Sequence record: DRR723986_5359
DNA: 45,123 nt
Reading direction: 5' to 3' (one strand)
This document shows, piece after piece, positions 1 through 9,706 of this stretch (the stretch's first letter is position 1; every line of letters begins with the position of its first letter). The notes beneath the pieces were generated by a model. The model had not been told where the DNA came from, ran no database searches, and saw nothing but the letters and a program-made list of their open reading frames with translations. A program made the position numbers and the translations under genes.

Positions 1-265
1 AAGCAATTATACTGATCAGTGATTTTAATAAGATCTTCTTGGAGACTGTAAAATAGCCAAGAATTAAAAAAGGCGCACTAACCGCCAATAAAAATATGGA
101 AGTGTTTGCGCCTAATACACTGTGCAGAAGAATGGCGATTCCTGTTGCTCCTCCATCTAAAAAATCGTTAGGTATTAAAAATGCCTTCAAGCCAAAACTT
201 GCCAAAAAAATGCATACAGCAAGTTGAAAAGTAGGCCGTATAAAATTGTTGAATGTCGTTTTCAC
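1..265 (-). CDS. YitT-family membrane protein (5' part; runs off the window edge)
   Basis: Not in the ORF track. Manual translation from GTG at 265: MKTTFNNFIRPTFQLAVCIFLASFGLKAFLIPNDFLDGGATGIAILL...; the GLxxFLxPNxFxDGGxTG motif and hydrophobic helices are typical of YitT. It starts 3 nt after the upstream stop. Confidence 0.8.
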   Translation of the reverse strand, partial: MKTTFNNFIRPTFQLAVCIFLASFGLKAFLIPNDFLDGGATGIAILLHSVLGANTSIFLLAVSAPFLILGYFTVSKKILLKSLISIIA

Positions 266-268
266 TTT

Positions 269-1672
269 TTATGATATTCTCCTATAAACAGGACGTTTGC
301 TTTCTAGAATTGATTGAATGCGATCTGGTACACATTGCTTCCAATTATCGTTTCCTGAAATCAAGGAATGGATGACATTGTTTGACCTGATATTCAGCAC
401 GTTTTTGTCAACGTTCGGAATATCTTTAATGCGATCGGTGTTTTTCAAAAAGGCCAATAGCGTCTGAATTCCGATATCGAGATACAAATCTTTTAGTGTT
501 CTCATCTCCTTGTTCGAATTTAGCTCCGGGAAACAGAGGATGAAATTATTTCCTGCAACCATAGCACTTAGAAGTTCTAAAGTCTGTTTCTCGCTTTTAC
601 CATTGTTTGGAGATAGGGCCTTTTTTAAATTATCCATTCCCAATACTAAGTTTAAACTTTTTAGTTTGACGAACTTATTGATGAATGAAATCAGCTCATG
701 ATGGAACTGAAAATTGGTAATTAAAATTGGATAACCTATCGCAGATATTACTTCAGTTCTATTCAAAAAGTCTTTTATACTTAGGTCTTTTTTGTTTTGA
801 TAGCAGTTGAAAGTAATTTCTGCAATAGGAATTATATCTTGATTTCTTACATTTTCTGTTGATTGAAGGAGTTGTTTGGCTTTTTCAAACATTTCCATGG
901 TTACTTTGGTTGGTGGATTAAAACGACCACGAACAAGCACGACATCTTTTTTATAAAGTGCATTTAAAGGTTGAAGAATCTCTCCGTTTGGGCCTATCAT
1001 TACCATTTTCGTCAAGTTGTGTTTTACCAAAAGTAGAGTCAATTCTTTACTGTAACTTGACGAAATATTATTGCCAGTTAATTCGATATAGTTGACTTCT
1101 AACTTATCCTGAGGAATATTGTCTTTTAGGCTTTTAATAAAGAGTTCTGAGCCATTCATGAATTCATAAACACCGTAAATTAAATTCACGCCCAAAATCC
1201 CGATTAATTCTTGTTGCTCAATAACGTCAGTAGTGTGCAAAACCACGTGTATTTTACATTGAATAGGTCGGCTGTTGGGTCTAGTTTGAAATTTAATCCC
1301 CATCCAACCTTGCCCCTGGTTTGCTTTTTGAAAAGCCGTGGTTTCTATTGTGTTGGCATAGGCAAAAAAATGAGCAACATCAGATTTTGAAGGAATATTT
1401 GATATTAAGTTGTTGTATTCAACTTGAAGCATATTTTCTAATCTTTCTTTACTGACATAGCGTTGAATTTTTCCGTAGGTTGAGTCGCTTATCATCATGT
1501 CATAGGCACAAATACTCTTTGCAACGGTACCTGAAGCAGCTCCTGCCTTGTAAAAATGATTGCTTACTTCTTGTCCCGCACCAATTTCGGCGAATACTCC
1601 ATAAATACTTGGTTGAAGATTCAGTTTTAATGCCTTTTCGCGGCAGCTTAGTATGTGATTTATAGTTTTCAT
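269..1672 (-). CDS. Bacteroidota nucleotidyltransferase-like protein (often annotated as nicotinate/NMN adenylyltransferase-like; function unproven)
   Basis: N-terminal YGVFAEIGAGQEV...AGAASGTVAK..AYD..SD..YG family motif. C-terminal RGRFNPPTKVT resembles a degenerate HIGH-type loop. ATG at 1672 chosen; the ORF extends to TTG at 1690. Confidence 0.6.
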   Translation of the reverse strand: MKTINHILSCREKALKLNLQPSIYGVFAEIGAGQEVSNHFYKAGAASGTVAKSICAYDMMISDSTYGKIQRYVSKERLENMLQVEYNNLISNIPSKSDVAHFFAYANTIETTAFQKANQGQGWMGIKFQTRPNSRPIQCKIHVVLHTTDVIEQQELIGILGVNLIYGVYEFMNGSELFIKSLKDNIPQDKLEVNYIELTGNNISSSYSKELTLLLVKHNLTKMVMIGPNGEILQPLNALYKKDVVLVRGRFNPPTKVTMEMFEKAKQLLQSTENVRNQDIIPIAEITFNCYQNKKDLSIKDFLNRTEVISAIGYPILITNFQFHHELISFINKFVKLKSLNLVLGMDNLKKALSPNNGKSEKQTLELLSAMVAGNNFILCFPELNSNKEMRTLKDLYLDIGIQTLLAFLKNTDRIKDIPNVDKNVLNIRSNNVIHSLISGNDNWKQCVPDRIQSILESKRPVYRRIS

Positions 1673-1690
1673 ATGTTTCAGTGTTGTCAA

Positions 1691-2602
1691 TTATCTATTG
1701 AGGGAAATTTTGAATGATGCCTCATCAGGATTATCAGAAAATTTTGGCATACCAGGTAAGTTCATTTTGATGTTGTTATTTGTTCTCATTGAAGGGTTGA
1801 TTAACTCATCTCCAATTAAAATTTTAAACAAGGATTGTTGCTGATAAGGAGCCACCTTTTCTCTGTCTAAATGATTGCCTTCAAAATGGACGAGCTGAAG
1901 TGAGGGTATTTTTTGCAATACGTTAAAAGTGTATTCGAAATGCAAAAAAGGCTGCTGATCTAAATAAATTGTATTGAGTTTATGAAGGTTTGATAAATAC
2001 AAAGGAATTTCCAATAATTCATTATTTCCAACATCTAATACCTCAAGTTGCGTAATATCTTTGATTGATTTAGGAAGGTGGTTGAGGTGATTATTTCTTA
2101 GGCTCAAATACTTAAGCTGTGATGGAAAAGCAATGTTATCTGGAAAGTTTGGGCCAGGTAATCCTTCAATTTTTAATTCAGTTAGGGATGGCAATTTGTT
2201 TGCCAACACTAATGCGCTTTGAACATTTAAGTGCGTATCATAGATAAACTCTAAGCGACTTAAATTCGTCAAATTTGCATAGCTACTCGGAATCGTGTAA
2301 AAATCATCATTGATAAACTTCAATTCTTGAAGACTTGAAACTTTAGCAATGGCTTCAGGCGCAGTTGAAAAATGATAGTCAATTAAACTAAGTGATTCTA
2401 AATGAGGGAATTGTTGTAAAAATTCTAAACTATCAATGTCAGTTAAATTGATGACTTCAAGGTACCTTACCTTTTCAGGCTCTTCAAGTCCTTCTGATAT
2501 TGAATGATAAATTTTTTCATTTTCGTCTTCTTGAGCAAAATTGATTAACCCAAAAGTAAGGGCTATAAAAGTGGCGAGTAATTTATAAATGGTTGTTTGC
2601 AT
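1691..2602 (-). CDS. Secreted leucine-rich repeat protein
   Basis: Signal peptide ending NFA-Q; repeated LxxLxLxxNxLxxLP units (LKYLSLRNNHLNHLP, LEVLDVGNNELLEIP). Confidence 0.85.
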   Translation of the reverse strand: MQTTIYKLLATFIALTFGLINFAQEDENEKIYHSISEGLEEPEKVRYLEVINLTDIDSLEFLQQFPHLESLSLIDYHFSTAPEAIAKVSSLQELKFINDDFYTIPSSYANLTNLSRLEFIYDTHLNVQSALVLANKLPSLTELKIEGLPGPNFPDNIAFPSQLKYLSLRNNHLNHLPKSIKDITQLEVLDVGNNELLEIPLYLSNLHKLNTIYLDQQPFLHFEYTFNVLQKIPSLQLVHFEGNHLDREKVAPYQQQSLFKILIGDELINPSMRTNNNIKMNLPGMPKFSDNPDEASFKISLNR

Positions 2603-2637
2603 AGCTTTAATTTTGAGATAAAACTATTCATGGGATG

Positions 2638-2678
2638 TTAAGCCCGACTTAAAAAGAAATTAGAAAGAGATTAGAATT
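2638..2678 (-). promoter_or_regulatory. Phased direct-repeat array (TTCTAA-N5), putative response-regulator binding site upstream of the LRR operon
   Basis: Minus strand: TTCTAA tctct TTCTAA tttct TTTTAA gtcgg GCTTAA, 11-bp period; near-identical to the array at 4769-4807. Confidence 0.65.
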
Positions 2679-2684
2679 TATTAA

Positions 2685-4031
2685 TTACAGTAATACAGTG
2701 AATTCTGAGCCTTTATTCAATTCAGATTTTACGGTAATTTGTCCGCCGTGTAAATCAATAATTCGTTTCACCAATGATAAGCCAATACCGGTTCCAGTTA
2801 TTTCTTGAGCATTCTCAGCACGAAATAATGACTCAAAAATGTGATCCATATGTTTAGAATCAATTCCTATCCCTGCATCTTTAATCGATAACACTAATTG
2901 ATCGTCCTTTTTCCTTAAATCTACTTTGATCTTAGAACCGTCACTTGAAAATTTACAGGCATTCTCTATCAGATTGAAAAAGGCATTACGTAATAATTCA
3001 CCGTCTGCATTAATGGTATAATCCTCAGGTTCACTATTGTCGGCCAAATTAAATTCAATTTCTATATTCGGATACAGCTGCGAAAGATTAAAGATTATCT
3101 CCATGATAATACCATCTGCGCTTACTTCTTCTATATTGAGTTTGGCTGAATCGAATTGAGAGAGCTGCAAAAAATGATCTACTAGAGCATTCAAACTTTC
3201 AGCTCTAGTCTTTATTTTTTCGATTGAATCTACATATTCATTCGGGCTGCGAGATTTAAGCAAGGCAACCTCGGCTTCACCTAAAATAACAGCCAATGGA
3301 TTTTTGATTTCATGAGATGCATAACGCACAAAGTTTTTTTCTAATTCGAAAGAAGTTTGAAGTCTATCTAGAAGCTTATTAAACGATAGTGCCAGCATAC
3401 CAAGTTCATCCTTTTCATTGTAAACTGTAAGCCTCATATCAAGATTTGATGCACTTATTTTATTGGCTTTTTTAATTTTTCCGTTAATTGGTTTTAGAAC
3501 ATTCTTGGAAAAGAAGTTACTCAGAATAAAGATGGTAATTAAGGAAAGAAAGAATGCTAATAGCAAGATATTTCTGAGTTTGGTCAGATAAGCATGTCCC
3601 GTTTCGTCTACTGCCGCTACCAAAACTACGTAATCTACATTGTCTATTTTATAGAGTTTACTGATACCTTGAAAATCTGCTTTTTCCCAAGCATATTCAG
3701 TTTGGCCTTTTTGAAATTTATTCAACAGATCTTTGGGGACTTTATCACTCAATTCATCTGGTAGCTCAAAATTGGATAGCGTATCAGCAAATTCAATTTC
3801 TTGAGGCAGAGTTTTTAAAAAATTCTCTTGGATGGAATTTCGCACTTCTGGGGTGAAATTATCTTTTTCTAGAAAAAATTGTTCGGTAATTTGTAGCCGA
3901 TTATCTAGCTGTTCATGAAAAATTTGCTTTTGTGTTTTAGACGATAGCAGAAAGATCAGTATTGAAAATGCTATAATCAGAACACCAAAAAGAGTAGTGA
4001 AGGTGTAGGTGATTCTCTTTCTGATTTTCAT
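2685..4031 (-). CDS. HAMP-domain sensor histidine kinase (CusS/ArlS-like)
   Basis: Two TM helices, HAMP (DELGMLALSFNKLLDRL), H-box ASHEIKNPL, N-box NLIENACKF, G-boxes DAGIGI and GTGIGLSLV. Confidence 0.95.
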   Translation of the reverse strand: MKIRKRITYTFTTLFGVLIIAFSILIFLLSSKTQKQIFHEQLDNRLQITEQFFLEKDNFTPEVRNSIQENFLKTLPQEIEFADTLSNFELPDELSDKVPKDLLNKFQKGQTEYAWEKADFQGISKLYKIDNVDYVVLVAAVDETGHAYLTKLRNILLLAFFLSLITIFILSNFFSKNVLKPINGKIKKANKISASNLDMRLTVYNEKDELGMLALSFNKLLDRLQTSFELEKNFVRYASHEIKNPLAVILGEAEVALLKSRSPNEYVDSIEKIKTRAESLNALVDHFLQLSQFDSAKLNIEEVSADGIIMEIIFNLSQLYPNIEIEFNLADNSEPEDYTINADGELLRNAFFNLIENACKFSSDGSKIKVDLRKKDDQLVLSIKDAGIGIDSKHMDHIFESLFRAENAQEITGTGIGLSLVKRIIDLHGGQITVKSELNKGSEFTVLL

Positions 4032-4708
4032 TACTGTTGTTTTACGACATAGCCCATGCCTACTACAGTGTGAATTAGTTTCACACCGAAACGTTTATCG
4101 ATTTTTTTTCTCAAATAGTTCATGTAGACGTCCACCACATTAGTCCCGAGATCAAAATTTATTTCCCAAACATTTTCTAAAATGTCAATCCGTGACATCA
4201 CCTTACCCTTGTTTTTTAATAGATAAGCTAAAAAATTGAATTCTTTTGCAGTAAGGTTAACCTCCTCATCTCCAAACTTAACTTCCTTCGAGTCTTGATT
4301 TAAGGTAAGATCACCAATCCCTAAAACATTGCTGTTTACATTGTAATTCTTTCGCCTACTTAGAGCATTTAAACGTGCTAAAAGTTCTTTAAACTTAATT
4401 GGTTTTACCAGATAATCATCTGCTCCGGCATTAAGTCCTTCAACCACATCATCTGTTGAACCTAAGGCAGTCATCATGATAATCGGATTGTCAAAACTCA
4501 ACTCTTTTCGCAGTTTTGCACATACTTCAAGACCGTTAATTTTGGGAAGAATTATATCTAAGAGAATCAAGTCAAAAGGCGTATTCATGGCCAAACGAAG
4601 TCCCATTTCGCCATCATAAGCTACTTGAGTTTCATGACCATTTTCCTCTAAACCCTTTTTTAAAAAAGAGGCAATATCCTGTTCGTCTTCGATTATTAAT
4701 AACTTCAT
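4031..4708 (-). CDS. OmpR/PhoB-family response regulator (CusR/ArlR-like)
   Basis: Receiver domain LLIIEDE...LLDIILP...GADDYLVKP; winged helix NVVDVYMNYLRKKID...TVVGMGY. Its stop overlaps the kinase ATG. ATG at 4708 chosen. Confidence 0.95.
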   Translation of the reverse strand: MKLLIIEDEQDIASFLKKGLEENGHETQVAYDGEMGLRLAMNTPFDLILLDIILPKINGLEVCAKLRKELSFDNPIIMMTALGSTDDVVEGLNAGADDYLVKPIKFKELLARLNALSRRKNYNVNSNVLGIGDLTLNQDSKEVKFGDEEVNLTAKEFNFLAYLLKNKGKVMSRIDILENVWEINFDLGTNVVDVYMNYLRKKIDKRFGVKLIHTVVGMGYVVKQQ

Positions 4709-4768
4709 TTCTTTCAATAGAACAGCAAGGTTTGTAAAAAGTTGGAGGGTTTCAAGGTTTTTTGATGA

Positions 4769-4807
4769 TTTTAATCGAATTCTAATTTCTTTCTAATTTG
4801 AACTTAA
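4769..4807 (+). promoter_or_regulatory. Phased direct-repeat array (TTCTAA-N5), putative response-regulator binding site in the divergent RR/TPR intergenic region
   Basis: TTTTAA tcgaa TTCTAA tttct TTCTAA tttga ACTTAA at 4769, 4780, 4791 and 4802. Confidence 0.65.
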
Positions 4808-4846
4808 AAGTTATTTGGGAGTTTTACATTGAGAAAAACAGATAAG

Positions 4847-6106
4847 ATGAAGAACAGGTGGGTAACACTAACAATTGTAGTATTGAGTAGTATAATGTAT
4901 TCATGGTCTTTTGGACAAGAGTATACAAGCAGTGCAAGATTGAGATCCATAGAATTAATTGAAGAAGGTGACGCTTTTCTTCAATATGGAGATTGGGAAA
5001 GAGCACTTTTTTCATATACTAACGCCATTCAGGCAGATGTAACCTTTGCACAAGCCTATATGAAAAGGGGCCAATTGTATGAACGAACCACGCATAATCA
5101 GGAGGCCATGTCAGATTATAATATGGCAATACAATTAAACCCTTATATAGATATTTATTATGATCAAAGAGCACGCGTAAGAATGCTGTCCTTTGATTAT
5201 TATGGAGCAATTGAAGATGTTAACATTGCCATTGATTTGAATCCGAACAATCGAAATTACTTGCAACATAAAGTTGATGGATTCATTGCATTGGGTGAAT
5301 ATGAAGAGGCCTTGAAACAGCTCGATTCACTAATTCTAAATGGATCAGCAGAGATTCACACACTCCAAAGGCAAGCGCTTATATATACCCTTGAGGGAGA
5401 TTTGCCTTCTGCTGAACAAGTTATTTTGGATAGTTATGAATTAGGCGATTCTAGTTTTATGACTTTTGATTTACACGGTTTAATTGAATTGAAAAACGAG
5501 AACTATGAAGCAGCTATTTCACTTTTTAATAAGGCAATTGAGAAAGACTCAAATCAATTCGTTTCCTACTACAATAGAGGAATTGCCAAAAGATTTCTGG
5601 GAGATAAGGAAGGAGCTTTGAAGGATATTAATGAGGCCATTAAGATCAATGATAGTGCCCAGACTGCTTTTTTTAAGAGAGCACTTATAAAGAAAGAACA
5701 GGGTGATTTTGATGGAGCTATTTCTGATTATAATAAGGCTATAAAATTAAATCCTAATTACACTGAGGCTATATATAATCGCTCATTCGCTTATAAAGTT
5801 TTAGGTGATTATTCTAGCGCTGAAGATGATATTAATAATTTAATAGATATGCCTGATGATCAACCAGAATTTTGGAATATGAAAGGAAACTTGACAGTTT
5901 TACATGGAGATATTCGATTTTCAATTGAGTGTTACGATCGGGCAATTAGTTATGACAATAATTATGCAGAAGCATACTACAACAGGGGAATGGCTTATCT
6001 TCTAAGTAATAAGCCTATCGAATCTTGTCAAGATTTTGAAAGAAGCATTGAATTAGGTTATCCTAAGGCTGAGATCATTTTTGAAAACTTTTGTGGTCAT
6101 TATTAA
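4847..6106 (+). CDS. Exported tetratricopeptide repeat protein
   Basis: Signal peptide from ATG 4847; many 34-aa TPRs (AYMKRG, SYYNRGIAK, AFFKRA, AIYNRS, AYYNRG...AI.LNP). Confidence 0.9.
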   Translation: MKNRWVTLTIVVLSSIMYSWSFGQEYTSSARLRSIELIEEGDAFLQYGDWERALFSYTNAIQADVTFAQAYMKRGQLYERTTHNQEAMSDYNMAIQLNPYIDIYYDQRARVRMLSFDYYGAIEDVNIAIDLNPNNRNYLQHKVDGFIALGEYEEALKQLDSLILNGSAEIHTLQRQALIYTLEGDLPSAEQVILDSYELGDSSFMTFDLHGLIELKNENYEAAISLFNKAIEKDSNQFVSYYNRGIAKRFLGDKEGALKDINEAIKINDSAQTAFFKRALIKKEQGDFDGAISDYNKAIKLNPNYTEAIYNRSFAYKVLGDYSSAEDDINNLIDMPDDQPEFWNMKGNLTVLHGDIRFSIECYDRAISYDNNYAEAYYNRGMAYLLSNKPIESCQDFERSIELGYPKAEIIFENFCGHY

Positions 6107-6173
6107 TCGCGTTATACGAAAAATAGAATCAATAATAATTTCTGTACTTTTGATTTGATTCAAGATTCATATT

Positions 6174-7220
6174 ATGTACGTAAAAAGAAGATTCTCTTTT
6201 AGAAGTGTGATTAGATGGACTCGAAGAGAGCTCATTTTCTTTCTAATATTTGTGACCGCGGTCACCGCTTTATATGAAGCTTTAGACATCAAGTGGCTGC
6301 AGGTTCCCCTAGCACCTGTAGCACTGATTGGTACTGCCGTTGCCTTCATGGTTGGTTTCCAAAACAATGCCGCTTATGATAGAATCTGGGAGGCCCGTAA
6401 AATTTGGGGAGGAATTGTAAACGTTTCCAGAACTTTCGTGATAACTGTAAGAGACAGTTTTTATCTGCATAATAAAGATAAAGCCACTGACCAAAGCAAA
6501 GCCTTAAAAACAATTACCAATAGACATATCGCCTGGTTAACTACGTTGAGATATGCCATGAGGGCTAAAAAAGTATGGGAAACAGATTACGCAACATTTA
6601 AGGAAAAGGGTTTTCCGTATAACACTCCTGAAGATAATACGCCTTTAGAAGATGAAATTAAAAATTACTTATCGCAAGAAGAGTTTGACTATGTGATGAA
6701 GCAAGCGAATAAACCAAATGCCATTATTGGTTTACAATCAAAACATCTGAGAAAGCTATCGGATGAAGAAAAACTGTGGGAATTTTCATTACTTAATTTG
6801 CAACAGCTATTGCAAGAAATGACAGCCTTGCAAGGTAAGTCTGAACGAATTAAGAACTTTCCTTATCCAAAGCAATATGGGAGTATCGGTTATCATTTTG
6901 TTCATATATTCATGTGGTTATTACCCATGGCGATTATTCCCGCCTTTGCTCAAATAGGAGCTGATTTGGAATTAACGCATCCCATTGTTTCTGCAACTTT
7001 TGTTTGGTTAAATATTCCGTTTACGGTAATTGTTATTTGGGTATTTAATACCATGCTGCGAATTGGATTGGCTGGAGAAAATCCTTTTGAAGGTTCACCA
7101 AATGACGTCCCAATATCAAATATCTCAAGAGGAATTACTAGAGACGTTTTAGCTTTGATTGATGAAGATCCTGAGAATATGCCACCTGTATTTGAAAATA
7201 CCAATGATATTCAGATGTAA
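6174..7220 (+). CDS. Bestrophin-family (YneE-like) ion channel
   Basis: GFQNNAAYDRIWEARKIWGGIVN, ERIKNFPYP and ENPFEG..NDVP motifs; TM helices; TACTTTTG promoter box at 6145-6152. Confidence 0.9.
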   Translation: MYVKRRFSFRSVIRWTRRELIFFLIFVTAVTALYEALDIKWLQVPLAPVALIGTAVAFMVGFQNNAAYDRIWEARKIWGGIVNVSRTFVITVRDSFYLHNKDKATDQSKALKTITNRHIAWLTTLRYAMRAKKVWETDYATFKEKGFPYNTPEDNTPLEDEIKNYLSQEEFDYVMKQANKPNAIIGLQSKHLRKLSDEEKLWEFSLLNLQQLLQEMTALQGKSERIKNFPYPKQYGSIGYHFVHIFMWLLPMAIIPAFAQIGADLELTHPIVSATFVWLNIPFTVIVIWVFNTMLRIGLAGENPFEGSPNDVPISNISRGITRDVLALIDEDPENMPPVFENTNDIQM

Positions 7221-7225
7221 GGAAT

Positions 7226-8116
7226 TTATGGATGGACTTTAATTTCAACTCGGCGATTTTGAGCTCTGTCTTTTTCTGTTTGATTTGAATTGATAGGATT
7301 TACCTCACCATAACTTTCAATCGATACCCGCTCTGGTGGTAATCCGGCATCAATTAATGCTTGCTGCACTGCCATGACCCTTTGGGTTGATAGTTCGAAA
7401 TTATAAATTTCATTTCCGATTTTATCTGTATGGCCGTAAAGCAGGACTTTGTAATCTTTCTGGATCATCAAATAATTGATTAAACTGTCTATTTGTTCTT
7501 TGTACTGTTCTTGAATTCTGCTTTTATCCGTTTCAAAAAGAATATTTGTGAAGTGAGTGGTGTCCTTTTTTAAGGGGTTTTGATTGAGTAACAGAGGAGT
7601 TATTCCAATGAATCCTGGGTTGCAAGACGCTGCTCTACCATGTTGAATGATTATGGTGTCAACCTGATAATAACTGATTGTCAAATTCCCCCCTATTTCT
7701 GATATTGGAATAATCGCAGTTCCTTCAGTTTGGACATCTTTAAGTTGACTAAATATCGGAGTTCCTGAAAATTTTAAATGATCTACAAAACACTTGCCCA
7801 AACTATCTTGATTAATATCAAAAACGGAGAACTGAAGATCTACTTTTTCTGAAAAGATGAAAACGTATTCGTGAACAATTGAGCCTTTAGTAAAATTATT
7901 GATACCCGTTTGCACGTTTTGCCATCCTAAATTGGAATTGTCTAAATAGAGTCCTTTGACAGTTAAGTCTATTCCAGAGTTGTCGATATTTCGATAATGT
8001 CCACCATGTGAGTTTTTAGAATAGCCATCTAGGCCCCAATCGAATGATTGAGAGAATGAAACAAGCCCATTCAATAGGAACACGATAAGGCAGCATATTT
8101 GGGTTTTGAGTATCAT
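7226..8116 (-). CDS. Exported protein with C-terminal OmpA-like peptidoglycan-binding domain
   Basis: ILFETDKS..GHTDKIG..NFELSTQRV..SYGE..P..RAQNRRVEI; signal peptide from ATG 8116. Confidence 0.88.
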   Translation of the reverse strand: MILKTQICCLIVFLLNGLVSFSQSFDWGLDGYSKNSHGGHYRNIDNSGIDLTVKGLYLDNSNLGWQNVQTGINNFTKGSIVHEYVFIFSEKVDLQFSVFDINQDSLGKCFVDHLKFSGTPIFSQLKDVQTEGTAIIPISEIGGNLTISYYQVDTIIIQHGRAASCNPGFIGITPLLLNQNPLKKDTTHFTNILFETDKSRIQEQYKEQIDSLINYLMIQKDYKVLLYGHTDKIGNEIYNFELSTQRVMAVQQALIDAGLPPERVSIESYGEVNPINSNQTEKDRAQNRRVEIKVHP

Positions 8117-8200
8117 TTGAAGTTGATACAATCGGTGAAGGGGTAAGTTCAATTTGAAGAAAGATTAGTTCGTTCTGATATAGCTTGAGAATAGTTATCT

Positions 8201-9043
8201 CTATTCCCTCAATTCTTCTGGAATAATAAGAAGTGGAATGTCAGAATAATGAATCATTTGATCAGACAGACTACCATAGAAAAACTTAGCGATAAAGTTT
8301 TTATTTGTTTTTACTAACGCCAAAAGATCAGATTTATGCTCTGAAACATGTTCACTAATACCTGAAATATAACTATCGCTGAGAATAGATTTAAAGGATC
8401 TTCTTTGAACGGGTTCAAGTTTTGTTAAATTGGTTTTGACTTGTTCAATAACTTTAGCTCCGTTTTCTTTTTTATCTTCAGAACAAACATAAACCAATTG
8501 CAACTCGCTATTAAGTTTGGCACTTATGTGGTTAACAAAATTTAATGTAGCCTCATTTACATTTTCTAAATTTGCAGCAAAATCAATAGTTTTCAAAGAG
8601 TTGAGAGTAGAATTGACTGGAATCGCAAGAACGGGCGCAGTTGATACTTGGGTAATTGCGCTAGCATTGCTACCGAAAAATTTATTTCCTATGGATCCTG
8701 CCCCGGTTGTTCCCATGAGGACTAAATATGGGTTCTCTTCATGAATTAATTTTGGAAGCCAATCGGTTATATTTCCCGAGTAGAGTTTAGCACGACATTC
8801 AATGCCTTTTTCTGTTACAGCATCTCCAAGGGCTCGAAGTTTTTTTTCTGCTTCTTCTTCTATTTGTTTACTTTTTGCTAGAAGTGTATGCCCAGTTTGA
8901 TCAAAGGCATCCAGTTGGCTCAAATCGATAGAATGCACGAGTAACAATTCACAATTAAAAATCTCCGCAAGATGAATTGAATATTCGAATGCTACCTTAG
9001 AACATTCAGAGAAATCTGTTGGATGGATTATAATATTGTTCAT
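8201..9043 (-). CDS. Universal stress protein (tandem Usp domains)
   Basis: IIIHPTDFSECS, VLMGTTGAG..FFGSNA, and a second domain ending FYGSLS...PLLIIP. ATG at 9043 chosen. Confidence 0.92.
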   Translation of the reverse strand: MNNIIIHPTDFSECSKVAFEYSIHLAEIFNCELLLVHSIDLSQLDAFDQTGHTLLAKSKQIEEEAEKKLRALGDAVTEKGIECRAKLYSGNITDWLPKLIHEENPYLVLMGTTGAGSIGNKFFGSNASAITQVSTAPVLAIPVNSTLNSLKTIDFAANLENVNEATLNFVNHISAKLNSELQLVYVCSEDKKENGAKVIEQVKTNLTKLEPVQRRSFKSILSDSYISGISEHVSEHKSDLLALVKTNKNFIAKFFYGSLSDQMIHYSDIPLLIIPEELRE

Positions 9044-9177
9044 GTCTTTTTGTTTGTTGCGAAATATACCTGGGCGTAATATTAAAGTTAGCAATTTTAA
9101 AATTGTTATCTTAGACTAGGTTAACCGAACCATAAAATAGTGACATTTGGTCGTTAATCGTCTAATCATTTCAAATT

Positions 9178-9654
9178 ATGAAGAAAGCATTTATTGCAAT
9201 ATTTTTTTCGAGCTTGACCCTTATAAGTTTTGCTCAAAGTAAAGATTCACACTCTAAATTAGTTTCAAAAATTGAAAATGGTGAAGACCGTTTTAAGGGA
9301 ATACTTCAACTTTCGGCCTGTAGAAATTCTGAACGAAAAAATTGCTTAGTTGGAGGATGGAAAAAAATAGAAATTGTAACTAATTCAGGTGACATAACTG
9401 AAGTTAAGATTAACGATACCCTGACAATAGGTGTCGAAATATCCGCGCACAGTTTGGTCTGGAAGAAAGACAAATTACCGGTATTAGACGCTCATTTCTA
9501 CTCTAAAAAAGATGGAAAATGGGAGCTTTATGAAGATGAAGGTGAATTTGTGAGTACTTTAAGAGTAGGAAAAGCGTTGCCATTCAGAGGTTGGACATAC
9601 GTATCTGGTAAAGAGTTTTTACGATTAGATTTTTCCATCAAGCTTGAAGATTAG
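9178..9654 (+). CDS. Hypothetical exported protein
   Basis: 158-aa ORF with a clear signal peptide (MKKAFIAIFF..SFA-Q) and an A/T-rich leader; no recognised domain. Confidence 0.7.
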   Translation: MKKAFIAIFFSSLTLISFAQSKDSHSKLVSKIENGEDRFKGILQLSACRNSERKNCLVGGWKKIEIVTNSGDITEVKINDTLTIGVEISAHSLVWKKDKLPVLDAHFYSKKDGKWELYEDEGEFVSTLRVGKALPFRGWTYVSGKEFLRLDFSIKLED

Positions 9655-9669
9655 AGAATTTTTTCCAAC

Positions 9670-9696
9670 AAAAAAAGTCCGATCAAAGATCGAGCT
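9670..9696. terminator. Imperfect hairpin with A/T tract, probable terminator
   Basis: aaaaaaagtccgatc aaa gatcgagct; gives a T-tract on the minus strand. Confidence 0.45.
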
Positions 9697-9706
9697 GAAT
9701 TCGTTC

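Noticed and set aside
1691-6106. LRR and TPR genes as an NLR-like anti-phage system
   Set aside because: Both have signal peptides, and no NTPase (STAND), TIR, SIR2 or nuclease domain is visible.
9080-9130. A third TTAGAA-type box upstream of the USP gene
   Set aside because: TTA-containing hexamers are present but not in 11-bp phase and match poorly; expected in AT-rich DNA.
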